Shown: one piece after another, positions 1 to 9,422 of the stretch
Position numbering within the stretch: the stretch's first letter is position 1
Layout of the letters: every line of letters begins with the position of its first letter
Source of the DNA: Desulfomonilia bacterium
GTDB lineage: Bacteria; Desulfobacterota; Desulfomonilia; UBA1062
NCBI GenBank assembly: GCA_963664325.2
Contig: CAXXDQ010000002.1
Coordinates: 160,001-224,000, forward strand
Length of the DNA: 64,000 nucleotides
Reading direction: 5' to 3'
Made by a program: the position numbers and the translations under genes
The notes under the pieces: generated by a model
What the model was told of the DNA's origin: nothing
The model's input: the letters and a program-made list of their open reading frames with translations, nothing else
The model's database searches: none

Positions 1-27
1 TATATTCAATTCTGTACAAAGGAAAAG

Positions 28-231
28 TCAACTAGGACTGATTACGTCACAAGGTGTAGCGCAATCTGCTATACGCAGACAGTTACCATCAAAATCATCT
101 GAAGTAACCGGTCCGGACAAGTCATGCTTGCATAATGTCAGGACCGTCTCCTCAGGTTTTTTACGGACTAGAACCATTAGCACAGGTTTTCTCCAAACAG
201 GTTTGACTATATTGTTATCAACAATCTTCAT
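28..231 (-). CDS. Cys-rich RiPP precursor-like peptide (resembles SynChlorMet-cassette/SPASM-associated precursors)
   Basis: 67 aa, GGAGG RBS upstream; leader motif WRKPVLMVLVRKKPEETVLTLCK followed by a core with four Cys in total. Confidence 0.65.
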   Translation of the reverse strand: MKIVDNNIVKPVWRKPVLMVLVRKKPEETVLTLCKHDLSGPVTSDDFDGNCLRIADCATPCDVISPS

Positions 232-484
232 TACCTTTCCTCCATATGTATGTGGAGTTTATTGTCTAAATTTGTGCTTAAACAAAGCAGGTAATGAATA
301 TACAATATAATGCTTCCACAGTTATATCAACTTAAATAAGGCAAAGGTTTTGTCTTTTAGTTCTGTAAAAATTAGTCAATCCAAGGGCAACTTAAAGACC
401 TGATGAGGACGCTGATGACTAATTATCCAACTGCTTATCGGAATAGCACCCTAACTTAGCATTCCAAACTTAAGCAAGACTGAG

Positions 485-523
485 CAGGGGCATGCCATGC
501 CAAACAGGCCTGGCGTGCCCCTG
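485..523. repeat. REP-like palindrome / possible terminator hairpin
   Basis: caggggcatgcca-N13-tggcgtgcccctg inverted repeat just downstream of the 529..2154 gene. Confidence 0.5.
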
Positions 524-528
524 ACGCA

Positions 529-2154
529 CTATTCTAAACGGTTGGCCCAGATGTTGTTGCGCGTGCCGTCCGATTGCCACCACACCGCCAGTGCGTTTCC
601 GTCGGCATCGCAGGCTATCTGGGGTTTAAAGGCACCCCCGGCGTTGTTCGTTTCGATCAGTTCGGCCGTACCCCAGCCGGTGCCCGCCGTGTAGCGGTTG
701 GCCCAGATGTTGTAACGCGTACCGTCCAATTGTTCCCATACCGTCAGCGCGTTCCCGGTCGCATCAAAGGCTAACTGGGGATAACTGGCATTACCGGTAT
801 TGTCTGTCTCGATCAGTTCAGCCGTGCCCCATCCAGCACCCGCCTTGTAGCGGTTAGCCCAGATGTTAATGCGCGTACTGTCCGATTGTTGCCACACCGC
901 CAGGGCGTTACCTGCGGCATCAAAGGCTATCTGGGGAGACAATGCATCCCCGGTGTTGTCAGTCTCGATAAGCTCAGCCGTGCCCCAGCCAGAGCCCGCT
1001 GTATAGCGGTTGGCCCAGATGTTGTAGCGTGTACCGTCCGATTGATACCACACCACCAGCGCGTTCCCAGTGGCATCAAAGGCTATCTGGGGAGACCATG
1101 CCTCCCCGGTGTTGTCCGTCTCGATAAGCGTCGCCATGCCCCAGCCGGCATCCGCCGTGTAACGGTTGGCCCAGATGTTGTAGCGGGTACCGTCCGATTG
1201 CTGCCACACCGCCAGTGCGTTTCCGTCGGCATCGCAGGCTATCTGGGGATAATATGCATTCCCGGCGTTGTCCGTTTCAATCAGCTCGGCCGTACCCCAG
1301 CCAGAGCCCGCCGTATAGCGGTTGGCCCAGATGTTGAAGCGAGTACCGTCCGATTGATGCCACACCGCCAGCGCGTTACCGGCGGCATCAAAGACTATCT
1401 GGGGAAAATAGGCACTGCCGGCGTTGTCAGTCTCGATCAGCTCGGCCGTGCCCCAGCCAGAGCCCGCCGTATAGCGGTTGGCCCAGATGCTGGAGCGGGT
1501 ACCATCAGTTTGATCCCACACCGCGAGCGCGTTTCCAGCAGCATCAAAGGCTATCTGGGGATCATAGGCGCTTCCGGCGTTGTTAGTCTCGATAAGCGCC
1601 GCCGTTCCCCAGCCAACACCCGCGGTGTAGCGGTTGGCCCAGATATTGAGGAGGGTACCATCCGATTGATACCACACCGCCAGCGCGTTACCGGCGGCAT
1701 CAAAGGCGATCTGGGGATAATAGGCATTCCCGGCGTTGTCAGTTTCGATCAGCGCCGCCGTGCCCCAGGTGCCATCGCAGGTGGTGAAGTCGAAGCTGTA
1801 ATCCGCAGCCATGGCGAACCCGAGGAAGTTCTTGATGCCCTTGGTGAGCGTGACGGTATATCCACGCAACATTACGAGATCGGACTCCGGGGTGAAGGTG
1901 GCCACCTTGTTGGCATAGGTCACGGTGCCTGTTACGGGATTGCCCAGGCTGTCCTCCACAAGGAACGTCCCCGCGTTGACGCTTTTGGGCTGGGCTGGCA
2001 GGTCGAAAGTCACCTGGATTACCGCATTCCGCGCCACTCCAGTGGACCCATCGGCAGGGTTCGTCAGCGTCACCTTGATGCACCCGGAACAGAACAGGAC
2101 AGCTACTAATAATCCGGCACACAAACCTATGATCCGTTTTCTACCATACCACAT
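529..2154 (-). CDS. Lipoprotein with Ig-like (SbsA/Big_5-type) domain and eight 52-aa repeats (probable beta-propeller)
   Basis: Signal peptide with lipobox-like CSGC; Ig-like motif P.DGSTGV..N..IQVTF; eight WGTAELIETDN...NIWANRY repeats. Confidence 0.85.
   Translation of the reverse strand: MWYGRKRIIGLCAGLLVAVLFCSGCIKVTLTNPADGSTGVARNAVIQVTFDLPAQPKSVNAGTFLVEDSLGNPVTGTVTYANKVATFTPESDLVMLRGYTVTLTKGIKNFLGFAMAADYSFDFTTCDGTWGTAALIETDNAGNAYYPQIAFDAAGNALAVWYQSDGTLLNIWANRYTAGVGWGTAALIETNNAGSAYDPQIAFDAAGNALAVWDQTDGTRSSIWANRYTAGSGWGTAELIETDNAGSAYFPQIVFDAAGNALAVWHQSDGTRFNIWANRYTAGSGWGTAELIETDNAGNAYYPQIACDADGNALAVWQQSDGTRYNIWANRYTADAGWGMATLIETDNTGEAWSPQIAFDATGNALVVWYQSDGTRYNIWANRYTAGSGWGTAELIETDNTGDALSPQIAFDAAGNALAVWQQSDSTRINIWANRYKAGAGWGTAELIETDNTGNASYPQLAFDATGNALTVWEQLDGTRYNIWANRYTAGTGWGTAELIETNNAGGAFKPQIACDADGNALAVWWQSDGTRNNIWANRLE
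532..1770 (-). repeat. Intragenic tandem repeat, 8 x 156 bp
   Basis: cggttggcccagat recurs at about 156-bp intervals; high DNA-level similarity between units. Confidence 0.9.
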
Positions 2155-2468
2155 TCAATACCTCCTCATATTTTTTTCATAGCCCATCTTTCTTACGTTT
2201 TGATGGACAGCAATCGCTTCTTATCTGCTCATTCATGTCCGTCCGGTTCATAGACTGCTTACGGATCCAGTTTATTTACTCTTCAGCGCTGAACAATCGC
2301 TCAGTATGCCTATGACCAGAAACATGATAAAGACAGGAAACTTTCTTTTTATGATATCCTACTCCAATAAAAAATCAAATCCCCTTCTTTCTGTAAATCA
2401 GTACCCAAAGGTGCCAGGCAGTAAAGACCTGATACCCAGAGGACTTTGACGGTGAACCGCTTGAGAAA

Positions 2469-4199
2469 TTACATATATTTGACGATGGGGTTTCCGATAA
2501 TGGGCTCGACATCCATCATGAGAAGCTGAATTTTTCTATATGGCTTACTTATGCCGCGCTCAGCCGAACAGGAGATTTCCCTGTCTTTCTGATCGAGCGC
2601 CTGGCGGTAAATCTGCACCGCCTTTTCGCGCAGGCCCAGAAGATCATTGCAGCGCGCAAGCCAGAGCAGAGATTCCGCCTTCATCCTGGAATCACGGTAA
2701 GGATAACCGGCATTTTTCTTCAGATGAGGAAGCGCATCATCGAACCGGTGCATCTTCAAAAGAAACAAACCCGCCACACGGTCGAATATCGGTTCGTCAG
2801 GCAGTATTTCAGAGGCCCTCCGCAGGTGGAAAACCGCCCGCGAATCGTCGAAACGGTCCAGATGTTCCGTCCATGCCTGTTCATAGTGTTCAAGAGCCTG
2901 GGACTCCTGTTCCGATAATTGCGCACGTCCGCCCGTGAGGTCGCCTGCGTCAGCCGCATTAGCGCCGCCTTCAAACAGCGCGCTCAATTTAAGTCCTATA
3001 TACTTTTCAGAGAAGCACACGGGGAACGATCCGTTTCCTATATAAATCGAGTCATCGCCGGGAGACAGAACTATCGACATGGCGTTGTTCGTGGCAGCTA
3101 CGATATCGCCTGCGACGCGTTTCCTGCCTTCGCGCGGGTCGGTGAAATCGCTTAATATCGATACGGCATCGTCAAGGGTCAGTTTCCCGTATTTCTCCCT
3201 GATGAGTTCGTTTATTCTCATAAATCTGGCCGTGCTGTGGCGCCACCACGCGGTAGGGGCGACCTCCAGCTTCTTCATTTCCGCTGAGATATGGTGGTTC
3301 GTCCTCACGAGAAAATCGTTTTCCGGCCGGATGATTTCCGCATGATGCGCGGTAAAGCCGAAAACCGCGGCATCGCAGGCGCGCGTATCGCATATCATAA
3401 AAGACAGCCCGCCGATTCTCTTTCCGGTCTCCATTATCCTGATCGCATCTTTGAGGTTTGTCGCATTCGAAAGAATTTCTCCGGCAAGAGTGAAAAGCGG
3501 CCTTCCGCTTATGGCCACATCCTTCATGAAATTCGTGAACGGCATTATGCATATCCCGGCCTCATTCATGGCGAATCCGCCGACAGGGATGCCTGCCGCG
3601 CCGATCCAGAAAAACGCCTGCCTGCCGTCAGGGTGAAACACCTTCACGCATTGATATGTATCCCACAGGCCGCGACCGTAGAAATCGAAGTTGCGGCCTA
3701 GTATCTGCTTGCCGTCCTTTGTCGCTGCTCCGCGTGCGAAAAATGTAGAACATCCCAGCGCCGGCATCGCCATCGGGGTCATCGACCTGCCTGCAAGAAA
3801 GTGCAGTATGTCGGCAAACAGTATCACACCCTGGCCGGATTTTTCCGGCAGACCGAGCGCATCGGTGAAACCTTTCTGTATCTGTTTCAAAGGCTCGCCG
3901 ATATTATTCAGATTCGCTTTATGGAAAATGTAATAAAGGAGCTTTGCGATCGCAGGAGGCAGGCCGCGGGAAATTTCCGAAACCGCGCTGTGCGCCACAA
4001 GCGCTTCTATAAGGTTGCCATAATATTGCATCACATAATCATCAAGCATGCCGCGCACCAGCTCACAGTGCTGCCGCCCCATTTCCTCATATGTGCCTTT
4101 AAGGTGCATGACGAGCATTCCTTTTTCAGCGTTCAGGGATGCTTCCCCGCTTTTTCGCGGAAGAGGAAAAGGTGCTCTGCCGTATATCTGTTCTGCCAT
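2469..4199 (-). CDS. C45-family autoproteolytic Ntn hydrolase/acyltransferase with C-terminal TPR-like helices
   Basis: G|CSTF cleavage site followed by ATKDGKQILGRNFDF, MNEAG and RTNH motifs. Confidence 0.85.
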   Translation of the reverse strand: MAEQIYGRAPFPLPRKSGEASLNAEKGMLVMHLKGTYEEMGRQHCELVRGMLDDYVMQYYGNLIEALVAHSAVSEISRGLPPAIAKLLYYIFHKANLNNIGEPLKQIQKGFTDALGLPEKSGQGVILFADILHFLAGRSMTPMAMPALGCSTFFARGAATKDGKQILGRNFDFYGRGLWDTYQCVKVFHPDGRQAFFWIGAAGIPVGGFAMNEAGICIMPFTNFMKDVAISGRPLFTLAGEILSNATNLKDAIRIMETGKRIGGLSFMICDTRACDAAVFGFTAHHAEIIRPENDFLVRTNHHISAEMKKLEVAPTAWWRHSTARFMRINELIREKYGKLTLDDAVSILSDFTDPREGRKRVAGDIVAATNNAMSIVLSPGDDSIYIGNGSFPVCFSEKYIGLKLSALFEGGANAADAGDLTGGRAQLSEQESQALEHYEQAWTEHLDRFDDSRAVFHLRRASEILPDEPIFDRVAGLFLLKMHRFDDALPHLKKNAGYPYRDSRMKAESLLWLARCNDLLGLREKAVQIYRQALDQKDREISCSAERGISKPYRKIQLLMMDVEPIIGNPIVKYM

Positions 4200-4560
4200 T
4201 TTGTATCTCTCCTTTTAAAACTGGTGGTACAAAGTGAAACTGTTCCCGCGTCCATAAACAGGATTCTGAATATAATGTGTCGAATGAAATGATGCAAGGT
4301 CTATTGGTTGGAATATGGGGAAGCTGATAACTGATTTGCCCATTGCTGTTTTAAGAAAAATTGTTTTTTTGTTCCCGATCTCGGGCTTGGGAGTCGGATC
4401 GTCCTGCTGATGATTCAGCCTCTTCCCTGTCAACTGACGGTATCCGTCATCTTCCGCTGAAGGTCGTTGTTTTGCATTGAGCGTTTTCCTTGGGGGATTT
4501 GCTGCTGTTGACACTTGGGATCTTATTCAATATTTATTTCTGACATATGCGGTGGACAGT

Positions 4561-6693
4561 ATGAATTCCGACAGGATGAAAAGACTTTTCGCTCAGGCCA
4601 ATGAATTCAAGGAAGGGGACCTCGCGGTAGGCGGTACTTCCGACGAAGCGATCAGGAAGGATGCGAAAAGGGAGCTGGCCTTGATGAAAATAGGCGATAT
4701 CGCAAGGCATGTTTTTATCGAGGATGAGATCACTGAGGCCATACACCGTTCCATCGATCGGCAGCTGCTTCGTGAGATATCGCACCTCAAGGTGTCCGAC
4801 ATGAAGGAAGCCCTGCTAGGGACGGGCGCCGCATCATGGGCCGGCAGGTATTCCGACGGCCTGCCGAGCGAGGTTATAGCCTCGGCGGTCAAGATCATGA
4901 GCAATGAAGAGCTTTCCAGGGTTTCCAACTCGATATTCATTACTATAAGCGGCGCAAATCCGCAGGACGGTGCGGAGATAGGCTCTTCAGGGCATTTCGG
5001 TTCCCGCATCCAGCCCAACAGCCCAGGGGATGATGAGGAGGAGATACTTTTTTCAGTTCTGGAGGGCCTTGCCTTCGGGTGCGGCGATGTCATAATCGGG
5101 CTCAACCCGGCAAGCGATGATGTGGAAACAATCGCAAGAACGGAGAAACTCCTTGAGAGAATTGTCTTGAACCTCAATCTTCCCACGCGCTACTGCGTGC
5201 TTTCGGATATGGTCAAGCAGACCTCCGCCGGGAATATGACCAGGCTCGATGTGGGATTCCAGAGCCTTGCGGGCACATCCAAATCGCTAACGGGCATGCT
5301 GGGGCTCGATGTTAAGGGGCTGCTCGATCTGGCAAAAGGCTTTGACGGCCTTTATTTCGAAACCGGCCAGGGATCGGAAGTAACCAACTCTGCAGCACGG
5401 GGGGTTGACATGGTTACACTTGAATCCCGCTGCTACGGGCTTGCCCGGTATTTAAGAAATGGTTCAGGCAATAAATGGATGATAGTAAACGACGTCGCAG
5501 GCTTCATAGGACCGGAAGTGTTCAGGACTGGTGGGCAGCTGCTGCGGGCATGCCTCGAAGACATGGTGATGGCGAAGCTTCACGGCATAACGATGGGGCT
5601 GGACGTGTGCTCTACCTTCCATATGGGTATCGATCCGTTCGAGCTCAAGGCGCTGACTGAAAAGATCGTACAAGCCGCCGCTCCGGCCTATCTGATGGGT
5701 GTGGCGGGCAAGGCTGACCCGATGCTTGGCATCCTGACAACCTCATTCCGTGAGCATCCGAGACTGAGAAGGCTTACTGGCAAACGCATTTCCGGTCCTA
5801 TGGCGGGGAGGCTTGCCGGTCTCGGTGTTCTCGATGCAGACGGCACGGCAAGGGGCGCTCCCCAGAAAACATCTATGCTTTATGCAGCGTACATAAAGGC
5901 GGTGGGAGATTCAAGGAGTCTGGAAGAGCTCAAAACATCCGGACTCAGGAAAATCGCCAGCCTCAGGGAAAGGGGCATGGACATCGGCTATGGGTCTGAG
6001 GAAAATCTCGACGATCCTCCTCCGGTAACAGAAAGGCTCGGCTCCATATACGCACATGCGCGGAACGCCCTTTACGCCGCGATCGATGCTTCTGTAATCA
6101 GGGACTGCTGCCCCGGGTCTGCAGAAGTCTCAACCATATCGTCCGACAGGGAGGATTATCTTCTCCATCCTCCATCGGGCGAAAGGATAGGCGGAGAAGG
6201 TGAGAAGATCCTGAAGAGGCTTTATTCTGCGGATAAGAAGACCCCGCAGATAATGATGGTCATCTCGGACGGACTCAACGCCAATGCGGTGAACGAGAAT
6301 TTGAGGGATGTGTTGCCGGCGCTCAGATGGCATTTAAGGTCGTCGGGATTTCATGTCGGCGAAATCGATGTCGTCATTAAAAACGGCCGCGTACGCGCCG
6401 GATACCATGCCGCCGAATTGGCGGGGCCGGAAGCCGTCATCCATTTCATCGGCGAAAGGCCTGGTACGGGATTGAATCAGCTTTCGGTCTATGTGACTTA
6501 CGGAAGGGACGCCTCTTGCAATAACATCTTCAGCCCTGACATGGACCATTCCCTGACGACCGCCATATGCAGCATAAACAAAAAAGGCAAGCGTTCTGAA
6601 GCTGCTGTAGAGGATATCATGAGATGCGCCATAAGGATGTTTGAACTGAAGTGTTCGGGAGTCAGGCTGGGAAAAGTCGACAGATCTTCTTGA
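4561..6693 (+). CDS. eutBC: Fused ethanolamine ammonia-lyase large and small subunit (adenosylcobalamin-dependent)
   Basis: EutB motifs SRIQPNS, IGLNP, YFETGQGSE, VAGFIGPE, LED; EutC motifs YLLHPPSGE, ISDGLNA, GRVRAG, IGERPG; start moved to ATG 4561. Confidence 0.88.
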   Translation: MNSDRMKRLFAQANEFKEGDLAVGGTSDEAIRKDAKRELALMKIGDIARHVFIEDEITEAIHRSIDRQLLREISHLKVSDMKEALLGTGAASWAGRYSDGLPSEVIASAVKIMSNEELSRVSNSIFITISGANPQDGAEIGSSGHFGSRIQPNSPGDDEEEILFSVLEGLAFGCGDVIIGLNPASDDVETIARTEKLLERIVLNLNLPTRYCVLSDMVKQTSAGNMTRLDVGFQSLAGTSKSLTGMLGLDVKGLLDLAKGFDGLYFETGQGSEVTNSAARGVDMVTLESRCYGLARYLRNGSGNKWMIVNDVAGFIGPEVFRTGGQLLRACLEDMVMAKLHGITMGLDVCSTFHMGIDPFELKALTEKIVQAAAPAYLMGVAGKADPMLGILTTSFREHPRLRRLTGKRISGPMAGRLAGLGVLDADGTARGAPQKTSMLYAAYIKAVGDSRSLEELKTSGLRKIASLRERGMDIGYGSEENLDDPPPVTERLGSIYAHARNALYAAIDASVIRDCCPGSAEVSTISSDREDYLLHPPSGERIGGEGEKILKRLYSADKKTPQIMMVISDGLNANAVNENLRDVLPALRWHLRSSGFHVGEIDVVIKNGRVRAGYHAAELAGPEAVIHFIGERPGTGLNQLSVYVTYGRDASCNNIFSPDMDHSLTTAICSINKKGKRSEAAVEDIMRCAIRMFELKCSGVRLGKVDRSS

Positions 6694-6787
6694 ACCGGTG
6701 GCCTTGATACGGTTTGCCTTTTTCTGGAACGAATCCGGGATTTTGTGTATTATGAGGGGTAATAATTTCAAAGGAGGAACTGAGTTA

Positions 6788-7510
6788 ATGGCAGTAGTAG
6801 AATGGAAAAAGGATGAAAACGCAGCGATCATATACATGAACAACGGCGCCAACAAGCATAACCTGGCATTCGCCCGGGCCATGCTGGCTGTTTTGGACGA
6901 AATCCAGGCGGATAAGGATATTTCTTCCGTCGTTCTGACCTCCAGCGATGAGAAGAACTTCTCGCAGGGAATTGATGTGGAATGGCTCATGCAGAAGTTT
7001 CAGGAAGGAGACAAAGACACCATCAGGGCCTTCATGTACGGCATGAACGAGGTGTTCAAAAGGCTCCTGCTTATTCCGCTGCCGGTTATTGCAGCTATCA
7101 ACGGGCATGCTTTCGGAAACGGCGCAATAATTTCCTGCGCATGCGATTTCCGCTTCATGAAATCCGACAAGGGCTTTTTCTGCTTCCCTGAGGTGGATCT
7201 GGGAATTCCTTTTCTGCCTGGCATGATCGCTTTCATCAAGAAGGCCATGCCCTATTACCTCTATAACGATTTGAAGCTCACCGGCAGGCGGGCCGGTGCA
7301 GTGGAACTGTACGAGAAGCATTTTCTTGACAGGGCCTGTCCGGATCAGACCGCACTTATGCAGGAAGCCGTTGCCTTTGCAAAAGGCTTAAACAAAAAAC
7401 GCGGGATATTCGGCGAGCACAAGCGCCGGCTGCACAAGGATATCGTCGCCGTCATTGACAACGAGGATAAGGCTTTCATAGAGCCGCTCAACCTGATGGT
7501 GACCGATTGA
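6788..7510 (+). CDS. Enoyl-CoA hydratase/isomerase (crotonase family)
   Basis: FSQGIDV, IAAINGHAFGNG, FPEVDLGI; GGAGG RBS before ATG 6788. Confidence 0.9.
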   Translation: MAVVEWKKDENAAIIYMNNGANKHNLAFARAMLAVLDEIQADKDISSVVLTSSDEKNFSQGIDVEWLMQKFQEGDKDTIRAFMYGMNEVFKRLLLIPLPVIAAINGHAFGNGAIISCACDFRFMKSDKGFFCFPEVDLGIPFLPGMIAFIKKAMPYYLYNDLKLTGRRAGAVELYEKHFLDRACPDQTALMQEAVAFAKGLNKKRGIFGEHKRRLHKDIVAVIDNEDKAFIEPLNLMVTD

Positions 7511-7924
7511 AGTGATAAAAGAACAGCATGCATGAGGGTCGCGTCCGGACATGATATTTCCTGGCCCTTACGGCCTGTTGTCGGAAGCGGCTACTCTTTT
7601 TAGAGTCTGCCGGATCAGGGCTCTCATCAAATGTCCCGCTTTTTATAAATGTTTAAGGTAACCCCTGATAGATTATGAAGTTTGAAACTTGCCAGTTGCA
7701 TCTTCACTATGAATTTCAAATTTGATTTACATTAAGCTTTCATCTATATTAGTTATATTCTCTGTCATGTCCGTTCAGCAGCAAGAGAGATTAATTGAAA
7801 ATGTAATGATTTAATATAGACAAGAAACAAATAATATTTACATCCGGCAACAGTGCCAGGAGTCTTAATAAACAGCTTGCTTTTGATTTGGAATAGTTTC
7901 GAGAACTAAAAAGGGGGTTTCTGT

Positions 7925-8914
7925 ATGAAAAGAATTGTAATGCTCTTGTCGGTATTGCTTTTATTATCAGGCCTAATAGGTTGTAAAGAAGAAATCACAA
8001 GTGCCTATCCTGATCCCAATATAGTCGTGGAGCTGCAGCCGGGCGAGAATATGACCTTTAAAGTGGAAGGGCCGGTCAACACGCTTACTACCAAATGTGT
8101 GTGGATATTTCAGACAGAAGCAGATGGTTATTGGGGACCTGTGCAAAACGGCTATGTCCTAGAACGTAAGAACGAATATAAATTTGAAGTCAACCCGGCT
8201 GGAGAGACTACGAATTGGTTCAAGATAAGTTGTTTCGTACTGCATTTTGAGTGGATGAAAATCTCTGGTGAACCGCCGCTTTGGGGTTTCTGGTGGATCG
8301 AGAAGGATAGTCGAAGCTGGTATGTCCGGATTAGACAAGACATGAAACCCGTATGGCAGGGGAATTATTTAATCAGAGACAATACCGATATACAATTACT
8401 TGACGGATACACAAAAATCACGGGAGATTTATCGATCTTTGAAAATAATACACTTTCCGATCTCTCAGGTCTTGAAAATCTGACTACAGTCGAGGGTGAT
8501 GTTAACATCAAGAGTAACAATGGCCTGGTCGGCATTTCGGGACTGGAAAATCTTGTCACAATAGGGGGGAATTTCTGTCTCTTAAGCAATAGTGCATTAT
8601 CCGGCATATCAGGCCTTCGTAAACTTACTACGGTGGGGGGGAATTTGTTTATCATTGATAATCCTTCCTTAACTTCAATTTCAGCGATGCGGAATCTCAC
8701 AACCGTGGGCGATTATCTTAACATCCGCCTGAATTCAACGCTGACGGAACTGGGCATGGACGGGTTGTATTCAGTGACAGGAGATTTTAATATAGATAGC
8801 AATGACATGCTCTGCAATTTCCTGGCTGAAAGTCTTCGAGATCAGGTTCTTTCAAGAGGTGGCATTGGCGGAAAACAAACAATTGATGATAACCTGTTAT
8901 GCGATAAACCATAA
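7925..8914 (+). CDS. Lipoprotein with receptor L-domain-like leucine-rich repeats
   Basis: Lipobox LIGC; repeats of LSGLENLTTVxGxLxIxxN. Confidence 0.8.
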   Translation: MKRIVMLLSVLLLLSGLIGCKEEITSAYPDPNIVVELQPGENMTFKVEGPVNTLTTKCVWIFQTEADGYWGPVQNGYVLERKNEYKFEVNPAGETTNWFKISCFVLHFEWMKISGEPPLWGFWWIEKDSRSWYVRIRQDMKPVWQGNYLIRDNTDIQLLDGYTKITGDLSIFENNTLSDLSGLENLTTVEGDVNIKSNNGLVGISGLENLVTIGGNFCLLSNSALSGISGLRKLTTVGGNLFIIDNPSLTSISAMRNLTTVGDYLNIRLNSTLTELGMDGLYSVTGDFNIDSNDMLCNFLAESLRDQVLSRGGIGGKQTIDDNLLCDKP

Positions 8915-9422
8915 TGAGTTGAAATGACGGTGCAGGATCAACCTGCACCCTCACTTAAGGAATGCCATATCGCGACGTTCAGGATAAGATATCAAATTTT
9001 CGTTTTGTATGAAGAGACCAAGGAGCGTTCATTCATGTACAGATCAGTGTCGCGCCGTAAAAAACGCATATTCAGCCTCTCGGCGGGGTTAGAACCCAGC
9101 CTTTTTATAGGTGCCGGATCAGGTCCGACTCAGGATGTCCGTCTCCTTTAAATATCCCGGGTAATTTCTATTCTGCCCGATCATGGTAGGCAGTACTCTC
9201 AGGAACCTGAACATCCGCTGGGCCTCCTGGCTTCTCCGACTTTGATGTCCACGCCGTTTTTTAGGTAAATCGATATCATGCTTTTGGACCTCCGTGCTTT
9301 CTGAGGGGATCGCCTGCAGAACGACGGCGGCATATTTCAGGGCTTGTTTCCTGTCTTTGTTGCACAAGCTCGATCCGTAATATATAACTTTGATCGGCAA
9401 GGTCTGAAAAAAGGAGGCGGAT

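Noticed and set aside
532-1770. CRISPR array or DGR target
   Set aside because: Units are in-frame 156-bp coding repeats without unique spacers; many variable codons fit NNY but several do not (TGG, GAG, AAA, CAG), and there is no reverse transcriptase or template repeat in the window
886-2109. 407-aa plus-strand ORF
   Set aside because: Antisense shadow of the repetitive minus-strand gene; no independent motif
4200-4560. Cobalamin riboswitch or real ORF (4215..4514) upstream of eutBC
   Set aside because: No recognisable B12-box or AGGGAA/ACTG consensus; ORF lacks motifs
9000-9400. Possible IS256 transposase remnant (SNPAERLNMRFLRR...NERSL on minus strand)
   Set aside because: Only a short, weak resemblance; no DDE motif or terminal repeats visible
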